NCBI RefSeq assembly: GCF_020745735.1
Contig: NC_083406.1
Span: forward strand, 79,089,164 to 79,153,163
From: Hemiscyllium ocellatum
Lineage: Eukaryota
Direction: 5' to 3'
DNA length: 64,000 bases
Positions 53,395-64,000 of this stretch are shown here, one piece after another. How positions within the stretch are numbered: the first letter of the stretch is position 1; every line of letters begins with the position of its first letter. The notes beneath the pieces are model-generated. The model had not been told where the DNA came from. It searched no databases and saw nothing but the letters and a program-made list of their open reading frames with translations. Position numbers and translations under genes: made by a program.

Positions 53395-53688
53395 GAGCCA
53401 TAGAATCTCTATAGTGTGGAAGCAGGCCAATGGCTCATCGAGTCCACACCGACTCTCTGAAGAGCATCCCGTACAGACCCACCCCCTCTACTGTATCCCT
53501 GTAACCCTGTTTTTCCCATGGGCAATCCACCTAATCTGCACGTTTTTGGACTATGAAACTAAAGCACCAGGAGGAAACGCAGATGTGGGCAGAATGTGCA
53601 AACTCCACGCAGTCGCTTGAGGCTAGAATCTAACCCAGATCCCTGATGCTGAGAGGATGTAGTGCTAACCATTGAGCCACCATACCAA
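53395..53688 (-). mobile_element. Diverged HE1-type SINE
   Basis: Collinear with 45285-45587. Confidence 0.8.
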
Positions 53689-54261
53689 CGTTGTAATTAC
53701 TGTGCTGTTGCATTATACAGGAAACCTTAACTTTGCCTAAAATAGAAAATAATATCTTATAAAATACTGAAGAATGCTTGTCGTGAGATAAAACTGAAGG
53801 AACAATAAATTATTTGTGATCTCTGTAATGATAAGAGCACAACTGAATTTCAGCATCATACACATTCCTGCCTGATCAATTAATTCCTTTCGTGCCTAAC
53901 AATCTGTAGATCTGTCTTGAATATGTTCATCCCTTGAACTTCCACAACCCCCTATATAGAAAATTTTAAAACTTCACAATCCTCTAAGGAATGAACTTTT
54001 TCCCCCTCTGTCTTAAAAAAAGCTAACCCCTTATCTTTAGACAATATTGCTTGTTCGGGACTCCAGAACCTCTGTTGTTCATTCTACCCTTTGCAGTTTT
54101 GTTAGCTTCTGTAATTTTTGTGGTGCTGAAGCAGCAAAGCACTATTCTACATATTGTCATGTTATGTTCCTAATTATGTCAGTACTTGATATATGTTTGT
54201 GTAATTTTGGCAGAAATAGTGCTAGCTTTGACTATTGATGAGATAGCAGTTTTAGACTGAA

Positions 54262-55141
54262 ATGTGAGGAGGATGTTAGGAGATTACAGGGTGACCTGGA
54301 CAGGTTAGGTGAGTGGACAGATGCATGGCAGATGCAGTTTAATGAGGTTAAATGTATGGTTATCCACTTTGGTGACAAGAACAGGGAGGTAGATTACTAC
54401 CTCAATGGAGTCAAGTTAGGTAAAGGGGGCAGTACAAAGTGATCTGGCAGTACACCAGTCAATGAAGGCAAGCATGCAGGTACAGCAGGTAGTGAAGAAA
54501 GCTAATAGCATGCTGGCCTTCATTACAAGAGGGATTGAGGAGAGAAGCAGAGAGATTCTTCTGCAGCTGTACAGGGCCCTGGTGAGACCGCACCTGGAAT
54601 ATTGTGTCCAGTTCTGGTCTCCAAATTTGAGGAAAAACATTCTGGCTATTGAGGGAGTGCAGTGTAGGTTCACAAGGTCAATTCCTGGAATGGCGGGACT
54701 ATCTTATGTTGAAAGATTGTAGTGACTGGGCTTGTATACCCTTGAGTTTAGAAGACTGAGGGAGGATCTGATTGAGACGTATAAGATTATCAAAGGGTTG
54801 GACACTCTGGAGGCAGGAAACATGTTTCCGCTGATGGGTGAGTCCAGAACCAGAGGATACAGCTTAAAAATAAGGGGTAGGCCATTTAGGACGGAGATGA
54901 GGAGAAACTTCTTCACCCAGAGAATGGTGGCTGTGTGGAATGCTCTGCCCCAGAGGGCAGTGGAGGCCCAGTCTCTGGATTTGTTTAAGAAAGAGTTGGA
55001 TAGACTCTCAAGGGTAGTGGAATCAAGGAAATAAGGCAGTAACAGGATACTGATTGAGGATGATCAGCCATGATCATAATGAATGGTGGTGCAGGCTCGA
55101 AGGGCAGAATGGCCTACTCCTGCACCTATTGTCTATTGTCT
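54262..55141 (+). mobile_element. CR1-type LINE 3' fragment (second subfamily, ctattgt-repeat tail)
   Basis: VKKANSMLAFITRGIE...LYRALVRPHLEYCVQFWSP; the same tail occurs alone at about 8065-8105. Confidence 0.92.
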
Positions 55142-56198
55142 AATAGGAGTAACTATATGACCTCTGAACCTGTACATAAGATAATGTCTGATTTACAAAT
55201 ACCAAACTTCTACCTCCCTTGGCTTGTAGATGTTTTACCTTTTTATAAATAAAATTAGGACCGATTCTAATGTTTAGACTATGCAATTTTAATATTTTGA
55301 CTAATATTTAATATATGCATCTTTGTCCTTGACTTGCCACTCAGCAGAAAAGATTTCTTTTTCGATACTGGGTATTGCTACGCACCCTCCAACATCTCCA
55401 AAGGTGCTCTCAGTACTCTCATTGTGGCTTAGCTAGGATTTCGTATAGCTGAAGTAGAACTTGTATTTCCTTGTTCTTTAACCCTTTTGATATAAAGGCC
55501 AGAACTCCCATTATTCTTATTAATAATTTCTGTAATTGTTTATGACAATTTGAATATGTGAACTTCTTTCCCGTTATTTAAGAGTTATGGTGAATAGTTG
55601 GCCCTACACATACCCTTGCATTTATCTCTATTTCTATCTTCTACTCAGCCAGTTTCCCAATTGGGTCATTACTTTGCTTTCAGTTTTAACTAACTGTCTT
55701 TTATGGCAATGTGAAGAGATCAGCATTCTCCTTTCTACTGCTTTAATTGCCACTTCAATAAATGCAATCAGATTTGTTATGTCTAACCTGCCTTTCTCAA
55801 GTCCATGTTAGCAGACTCTAATCAACTGAGAATTCTCATGGAGTTCACCTGCCCAATTTTTAATTATAAATTAGAGCAAATTGGCAACCAGAAATGTGAA
55901 ATTAACTGCTCTGTATTTCCCTGATTTCCATTTTTCATCTTTTAGTTGTTTTGGTAATACAGAACTTAATGGCTGAAAAAGATAAATATTGAAAAACTTA
56001 TTGGCTTGCATTTGTATGGATGGTACGCAAAAATCTGAATTTAAAGGGATAACTAATATTTGTATAGTACAAGGGGAGAGTAATGATTGGTTGGCAAGTA
56101 GATTTTGGTGGTGACCATTACCATGAAAGTTGCACCAGTTATTGATTGACAGTTTACTACCAAGCTTTGTTTCAGTTTTAATCTGGCATTACCCTGAG

Positions 56199-57651
56199 AA
56201 GACTGGAGGTTGGCTAATGTGGTGCCACTATTTAAGAAAGGTGGTAAGGACAAGCCAGGGAACTGTAGACCAGTGAGCTTGACACCGGTGGTGGGCAAGT
56301 TGTTGGAGGGAATCCTAAGGGACAGGATGTACATGTATTTGGAAAAGCAACAACTGATTAGGGATAGCCAGTATGGCTTTGTGCATGGGAAATCATGTCT
56401 TACAAACTTAATTGAGTTTTTTGAGGAAGTAACAAAGAGTATTGATGAGGGCAGAGCAGTAGATGTGATCTATATGGACTTCAGTAAGGCGTTTGACAAG
56501 GTTCCCCATGGGAGACTGATTAGCAAGGTTAGATCTCATTGAATACAGGGAGAACTAGCCATTTGGATACAGATCTGGCTCAAAGGTACAAGACAGAGGG
56601 TGGTGGTGGTGGAGGGTTGTTTTTCAGACTTGGAGGCCTGTGACCAGTGAAGTGCCTCAAGGATTGATGCTGGACCCTCTACTTTTTGTCATTTACATAA
56701 ACGATTTGGATGCGAGCATAAGAGGTACAGTTAGTAAGTTTGCAGATGACACCAAATTTAGAGGTGGTGGACAGCGAAGGGGGGGTACCTCAGATTACAA
56801 CAGAATCTGGACCAGATGGCCAAGGGGCTGAGAAGTGGCAGATGGAGTTTAATTCAGATAAATGTGAGGCACTGCATTTTGGGAAAGTAAATCTTAGCAG
56901 GACTTATACACAAAGGGAGTATAGTCCTAGGGAGTGTTGCTGAACAAAGAGACCTTGGAGTGCAGATTCATAGTTCCTTGAAAGTGGAGACGCAGGTGGA
57001 TAGGATAGTGAAGAAGGCGTTTGGTATGCTTTCGTTTATTGGTCAGAGTATTGAGTACAAAAGTTGGGAGGTCATGTTGTGGCTGTCCAGGACTTTGGTT
57101 AGGCCACTGTTGGAATATTGCGTGCAATTCTGGTGTCCTTCCTATCGGAAAGATGTTGTGAAAGTTGAAAGGGTTCAGAAAAGATTTACAAGGATGTTGC
57201 CAGGGTTGGAGGATTTGAGCTACAGGGAGAGGCTGAACAGGCTGGGACTGTTTTCCCTGGAGCGTCGGAGGCTGAGGAATGGCCTTTACAGAGGTTTACA
57301 AAATTGAGGGGCATGGATAGGATAAATAGACAAAGTCTTTTCCCTGGGATGGGGGAATCCAGAACAGAGGGCATAAGTTTAGGGTGGGAGGGGAAAGATT
57401 TAAAAGAAACCTAACAGACAACTTTTTCATGCAGAGGGTGGTATGTGTATGGAATGAGCTGCCAGAGGAAGTGGTGGAGGCTGGTACAATTGCAACATTT
57501 AAGAGACCTTTGAATGGGTATATGAGTAGGAAGGGTTTGGAGGGATATGGGCCTAGTGCTGGAATGTGGGAATAGATTGGTTTGGGGTATCTGGTTGGCA
57601 TAGACAGGTTGGACCGAAAGGTCTGTTTCCAGGCTGTACATCTCTATAACT
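56199..57651 (+). mobile_element. CR1-type LINE RT fragment
   Basis: ANVVPLFKKGGKDKPGNCRPVSLT...QYGFVHGKSCLTNL...DFSKAFDKVPH, SKFADDTK. Confidence 0.95.
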
Positions 57652-59084
57652 CTTGTGAAGTGCATAAAGAGTAACTTGTGATTTGTTATTCTTGTAAGAT
57701 TTTGGAGTGCCCTTTACCTTAATTGTAGAGCCCAAATCAATTATAATTAGAGATTGGCTCTTTCAAACACAGTCTTAAGTTCTACTAGTCTTGTTTAGTT
57801 TTATACTCATTCCAGGTACAAGCACCTTTCCACAAGTTTTAGAAAAATTATTACATTTATCAGAACAAATACTAAAGAAATAATTTATTGGAATTAGTGG
57901 TTTTTAGTCTATCCACTTGAGAATGTCAGTTTGTGACGCTGATTGACTTGGACACAGATCTGCACTTTCATTTTGCTGACTGAAACTTACCTTATGTTCT
58001 TTGTCTTCCTTATTATGAATCAACTTATTAAAAACGAATCTTTATTAAGCTTCGCTAGTCGCTCCCGCATGCATAGTTAGAGATGTTTTCTGCTCTAATT
58101 GGCTTATTAGAACGTGAATAGTTCATGCTTAGTTTTTTTAAAAGTAATGTTCATATTAGTGATACCACTTTTTTGATTCATTCTTTAAAATGACACTTTG
58201 TAAAATCAGCTCTTTGATGAAATTGACAAGCTTAGTTGTCATAAATCTTTACCAAGATACATGGCCCCCATTGGTGTTAGGTTATATGTCAGTTTAGAAT
58301 ATACAATGTAAGCATTAACAGCCATATCTAATATCTCAGCTGATACATCCTAAGAAGGCCAAAACTAGTATAACTGAAACTCACAACAGAACTTTGTTTC
58401 AAAGTAATTGATATATTCATATACACATATATCCATCGGCCTGTTTAGATATTTTGTTACAAATACCCATTTTAAAACCTAGCCATACCTTTAAGAAAAA
58501 AATCACTCTTTTACCCTGAAACAATTCTCACGTGTAGCTAAAGTTTACATTAGCTTGAGCCATGAAACCGTGATAAAGCCATAAACCTTGCTTGAGACCT
58601 GAGCTATATGGTTTTCTTCCGTTCTGCAACTAACCACAATGGAATATAATTGGATTCCTCACTTGCTTAATCAACTTGAACTTATTAATTATTTAAAAAT
58701 ATCTCAATACTGCATGCTACATTGATTCCTTTCATTTTCTGGCTATTTATTCTAAGTTTTCCAACTGAGTCCTTCTCCTCATCCCGGCACTTACCTGTTG
58801 AAAGTTTGTGATTGCATGTTTATCCTTTCCAGGCTAATCTTATTGAATGCAGCACAGGCTTGTGGGTTCAGTGACCAACGCCACCTAATTTGTATGTTTG
58901 TATTTGGGAACCTTGATCCCAGACTGGTTAAAGTAGAGCCTGTTCCAAGGGTCTTAGTATTAGTGCTGATGTCCCATGAAATGGAAGCTCTCTTTCCCCT
59001 ACCAGTTATGTTTTCATCTTCCCAATGTTCTTATTCTATGCACACCTCTTTGAGCTGAAGATAATTTCCAGCAAGTATAGTAAG

Positions 59085-59330
59085 ATGATCAGAGCAGAAA
59101 TTAGGCCATTCAGCCCATTGAGTCTGCTCTGCATTTGAGCACGTCTGCAAGGTTTTTCAACCCCATTTTCTCCCTGTCACCTTTGATCCCCTTAAATATA
59201 TTCAATGACTTGGCCTCCAGAGCCTGCTGTGGCAATGAATTTCACAGATTCACCACTCTCTGGCTAAAGAAGTTTCTCCTTATCTCTGTTCTAAAGGGCT
59301 CGATCTCCTCAACTTTTGGGCTGTGTTTCT
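59085..59330 (-). mobile_element. Short CR1 3' end fragment
   Basis: Similar to 60230-60440. Confidence 0.7.
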
Positions 59331-60221
59331 TGAGGGCGGACATTTCTGAAAATATCTGCATATTTACTTTAAATATTGCTGTGTATAGGATTTAGCTTAA
59401 TATAGAGCTACGCAACTGACTTTGAATCATTTTTAGGCAGTTGAGCCAGTTCATAAAATATCTATGCTGTCATTAAATTTCAGGACATGCATAGTTGCCA
59501 AATAATGTGGTTTTACTGACTGTTCATTCACTTGCTGCATTTGTTTGAAGGATGGAGAGATTGTTCAGTATCAAATCAGTAGCATAGTTTTTCAGGTGGT
59601 GTTTTGGGTAGTCATTTGTAGTTTAAATTTGAAAATTGATTGTCGAAGGAGCCCCTGAAGTTGTGCAGTTCCATCTGAAGCTCAGCTGCAATATTAAGAA
59701 GTGGGCTGCTCTAGACTTCATGGCTTCTGACAGGAATCTGTTGTTCATTTGCAAAATTGTGAAGTAGTTTTGTGTTTGTGTTCAGTGTAGATCAGTGCAA
59801 AAATCTATAAGGTTGATTCTTATTTGCTTTCTTCCACTGAAGGAGGCCATGTAGAAAACTCCTGATATTTTATTCAAAAAACACTTCAAAGCCAAATGCC
59901 AGGGTATAGCATAATTTACAGCAAAAAAGACTTAACAGTCCAGATTGAAACATGAAAATATGTTCACAATCAGTAAGTAATGAAAGTAAACAAATAACTC
60001 AGCAGGTAACAAGGAAGTAGTGGATATGACTTGAAAAGGATAAAATTAAATTTAAAATACGTAAAAATTACAATGTAAGAAACAGTACCTACTTAAAGTG
60101 CACTTTCATATTTAAGTACCTCATTGAAAACTGAAACCATATTAAAAAATGAGGCGAAATTGGCACCTTTTATGTCCGCTATCACGCAGGTGAATTTAGT
60201 CAAACTGTTAGCTATAAAAGA

Positions 60222-61623
60222 GATCATAAGACACAAGAACAGAAATTAGACCATTTGGCCCATTGAGTCTGCTCTGCCATTCAATCTTGGTTGACAGCTT
60301 TCTCAACCCCATTCTCTTGCCTACTCCTTGCACCTTTGATTGCCTTAACAATCAAGAACCTATCTATCTCAGTCGTAAATATACTCAACAACCTGGTCTC
60401 TACAGCCTCCAGTGGCAATGAATTCCAAAGATTCACCAAAGTTTCAGTTAGGATTCCCCCCTCACCCTACTAAACTCCATTGAGTATAGATACATGGTCC
60501 TCAAGCGTTCCTCATATGGTAATCCAAGGATCATTCTTGTGAATCTCCTTTGAATACGCTCCAGGCCAGGACATTCTTCCTGAGATATGGGGTCCAAAAT
60601 TACACACACTATTCTAAATATAGTCTGACCAGAGCCTTCTAAAGCCTCAGAAGTCCTGCTTTTACATTCTAGTCTCCATGAAATAAATGCCAGCGTTGTA
60701 TTTGCATTCCTAACTACCGACTCAACCTGCAAGTTCTGAATTTTCTCCCGTTTTAGAAAATAGGCTGTGCTTCTATTCTTCCTAACAAAGTACATGATCT
60801 CACACTTTCCTTGTTGTATTCCATCTGTCTCTTCTTTGTCCACTCTCTAAACCTGTTTAAATCCTCAGTACTACCTGTCCCATTGCCTATCTTTGTATCA
60901 TCTGCAAACTTAGCTAGAATGCCCTCAGTTCCATCATCTAGATCATTAATGCATAAAGTGAAAAGTTGTGGTCCCAGCACTGAGCCTTGTGGAACATCAC
61001 TGGTCATCTGCTTCCCTCCTGAGAAGAACACTTTTGTCCCCATTGTCTGCTTTCTGCCAGACAGCTAAGCTTCTGTCCATGTTAGCACCTTGCCCTAACA
61101 TCATGGGCTCTTATCTTACTCAGCAGGCCCCTGTGTGGCACCTTGTCAAAGGCCTTCTGGAAGTCCAAGTTGAGAACATCCATTGCCTCTCCTTTGTCTA
61201 ACCTGCTCCTTACCACCACCAAGAAGTCTGGGACATTTGTCAGGCATGACTCTCTCTTGATGAAACCATGTAGACTTTGCCCTAGTTTACTATGCAGTTC
61301 AAAGTATGCAGAAATCTCATCCTTCACAATGGACTCCAAAATCTTACCAACGACTCAGGCTTATCAGCCTGTACGTCCAGCCTTTTGCCTTACTCCCTTC
61401 TTAAATGGGGGGGGTTACATTAATGATTTTCTAGTCCTCTGGGACCCTCGCTGACTTCAGTCATACCCGAAAGATCATCACTAACACCTCCATTATCTCT
61501 TCAGCTATGTCCTTCAGAACTCCGACATGTAGTCAGTTTGGTTCAGGTGACTTATCCACCTTTTCATACCTTTCAGTTTTTCTATCACCTTCTCCTTGGT
61601 GATGGCCACCATACTCACCTCTG
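60222..61623 (-). mobile_element. CR1-type LINE RT fragment
   Basis: Minus ORFs LDFQKAFDKVPH, VPQGSVLGPQLF..INDLD...KFADDTKIG. Confidence 0.93.
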
Positions 61624-63319
61624 CAGAGAGAGCTGTGCATCCAGCTTCAGGACTCCAGCAACAGCAGAAAGCTCAAACTAAAATTCCTGGTTCTGTCAGA
61701 GCTTGACCCCACCCATTCAGGCTGCTTTTATTGTTTCAACTTTTAAAAAATAACCCAGGGCCTCACAAGCTGTTAACTGTATTGTCTTTGAGCCTGCAAT
61801 TTGGCACCTTTATATCAACCTTTCATCACTTTAAAAAAAACAGGAAGTACACCTCCTAAAGCCATAGTATTGTGGCAAAGGCTTCTGAAAGGTATTGTAG
61901 GTTTTGTTAAGGAGAAAAATAGTATCAAATGAAAATTTCATCTTGTACAGTAAAATATACTTAACAAGAAAACTTAATAGTATAACACTGAAATGTACTG
62001 TACTAAGGGCCTGTTTCCACACTGTAAGTAATCTAATCTAATCTAATTAGGTAATGGTGTACGTAATGAACTCTTCATGCACTTGGAAAAAACTATCACA
62101 GGAGAATATTTGGCTTAGTTTAGAAAGAAAAGCCAAATAATGGAAGGAAAGGCTCAGAAATGGATTAGGGAATGAGGTGGGTAATGAAGCCCATCGTAGT
62201 CAATGGCAGTTTCTGATTAATCCGGATTAGTGACTGAGATCATGCTCCTTAATTTTTAATTACAAACTAGCTCCGGATGAAAAGTTGAAAGAAAAATAAT
62301 TTTTGGCTTTTGCTGTTCTGTTCATATAAGCAGGCTATATGAGAAATGTATAAATTAGTTTTCCCTAATTTTGCACTAAACCGTTTTAAAGTGTAGCATT
62401 TCAGCATTAAAGATATCGTGCAAATGTCGTGGCCTACATGCCCAACCATGCTGAGTGCAACATGCTGATTCACATCTTCTCTGAGCACTGTTACGTTTCT
62501 ATGTACTGGAAGATTGTTCTGTCATCCTTATCTGCAAGTTGCTAAGATGCCTTACCCTCCCTCCCTTACTATTTCTCTATTTGTTTGCTTGGAATATCTT
62601 TTAAGCACCTATCTCTTCCCTGCTCGCATACTATTCCATTAGCTTGGACTGATTTTTTGGACTCTTTGCATAACAGCTCTACTTCATTCTCAATTTCCCT
62701 ATTGTCAGAAGCCTTTTCTTTGACCATGCTTTTTCCCCTCCTGATCCTCTCCTGTTTGCTCACCACAGCTCTTTCCACTCATCCCACTATATAAATAAAA
62801 AATCTGTGAATGTATATTTTAATGAGTGCAATCAAAATATAGATTACCATCATAAAATGTTTGAATAGAACACATCTGAATCTTTCACTGACTGTATTCT
62901 GTCTTGCTGCATGTTGTCCCATTTGAAACTATTCAGTTCTGTTTTGCATGGGGACTAAACTAGTGAAAAAAAGTGTTGCTTCTTAACTGGAGCAGCTTGG
63001 AAAGCTTTTACATGGAATTACTAAAATACCCACTGCAGCTGGGCTAGGGTTGACATTACCATTTGTAATGACAAAGATAAATTTTGTTTGTGATCATATC
63101 TTGGTGCCAGTTATACTTCGTAACAGTCTGGAGATTTCAGAAGGTTCAGATGAAATTAAGTCAGATAGTTACTGAGGAAATGTTGGGCTATTAAGTTCAG
63201 AGTCTTGACTGCTGAGCAATTAGTAAACTGTCCCCCAACTACACCAATCCCACACCACTTTACACCAAGCCCCCGGTCCCTGATCCCTCCCCTGGAATGG
63301 ACTGGAGATGACAAGATTC

Positions 63320-63670
63320 AAGATTAGAGTGGTGTTGGAAAAGCACAGCAGTTCAGGCAGCATCTGAGGAGCAGGAAAATCGACGTTTCGGGCAAAAGCC
63401 CTTCATCAGGAATAGAGACAGAGTGCCTGCACGGTGGAGAGATAAATGAGAGGAGGGTGGGGGTGGGGAGAAAGTAGCACAGAGTACAATAGGTGAATGG
63501 GGGTGGGGATGGAGGTGATAGGTCAGGGAGGAGGGTGGAGTGGATAGGTGGAAAGGAAGATGGGCAGGTCATGGGGACAGTGGTGAGCTGGAAGTTTGGA
63601 ACTAGGGTGAGGTGGGGGAAGGGGAAATGAGGAAACTGTTGAAGTCCACATTGGTGCCCTGGGGTTGAAG
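63320..63670 (-). mobile_element. Penelope-like pLTR, subfamily related to family A
   Basis: Collinear with 16965-17310; begins with the GIY-YIG end LQPQGTNVDFNSF. Confidence 0.85.
63378..63413 (-). ncRNA. Minimal type I hammerhead ribozyme, antisense to DDX10
   Basis: AUUC-CUGAUGA-A-GGGC(UUUU)GCCC-GAAA-CG-UC-GAUU; core intact, one mismatch in stem I. Confidence 0.8.
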
Positions 63671-64000
63671 ACCCCATCTCTTTGCTGGTTTCCTCTTGAC
63701 TGCTCCATCCTCCAGTGTACAGGAAATTACCCCTGGTCTCTAGTTCATCCCCCATTCCCATTCCCTACTCTAACCTATCCTAAACACTTCTTCACTTACC
63801 TTTCTGCTTGGCATCCTAACACTTATTAGCCTACCCTTTATTTATCTGATAATTTACCCCCAGCACCCTACATCTTACCTAGCTGGAACTACACTTAACT
63901 GCCCCCTACCCCAGCTGACACCCAACTTATCTAGCACCATATCCCCTACCCAAAAGAAAATCCCCCTACCCACCTGCTGCACTACCATTCCAGCACCCTA

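Noticed and set aside
46097-64000. DDX10 exon 14 or later
   Set aside because: No segment encoding the expected TKVAEAKK/NKKITFTDEGE-like peptide was found; treated as intron 13

Overview
Eukaryotic (vertebrate) genomic DNA, most likely a cartilaginous fish (shark), inferred from the HE1-type V-SINEs, Deu-domain SINEs and CR1-type LINEs. The window lies inside one + strand gene, the DEAD-box RNA helicase DDX10 (Dbp4 ortholog). Twelve internal coding exons (equivalent to exons 2-13) can be read with canonical GT-AG boundaries and continuous frame; exon 1 and exons 14 onward are outside the window. The introns contain many transposon remnants: CR1 LINE 3' fragments, SINEs, pogo/Tigger-like MITEs, a decayed Gypsy pol, and several families of Penelope-like elements (PLEs, with GIY-YIG endonuclease). 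Two signals stand out. (1) Four unrelated PLE families each carry a minimal type I hammerhead ribozyme (CUGA(U/A)GA-N-stem II-GAAA-palindromic stem III-UH) with co-varying stems. Two intact copies are in the sense orientation of DDX10 intron 1, 1888 nt apart. (2) A recurring insertion architecture: 13-16 bp target-site duplication, ~34-45 nt unpaired tail and a fold-back inverted repeat, including three tiny (110-220 bp) pure-hairpin insertions. Repeat boundaries are estimated by eye; exon, ribozyme, hairpin and TSD coordinates were counted from the sequence.
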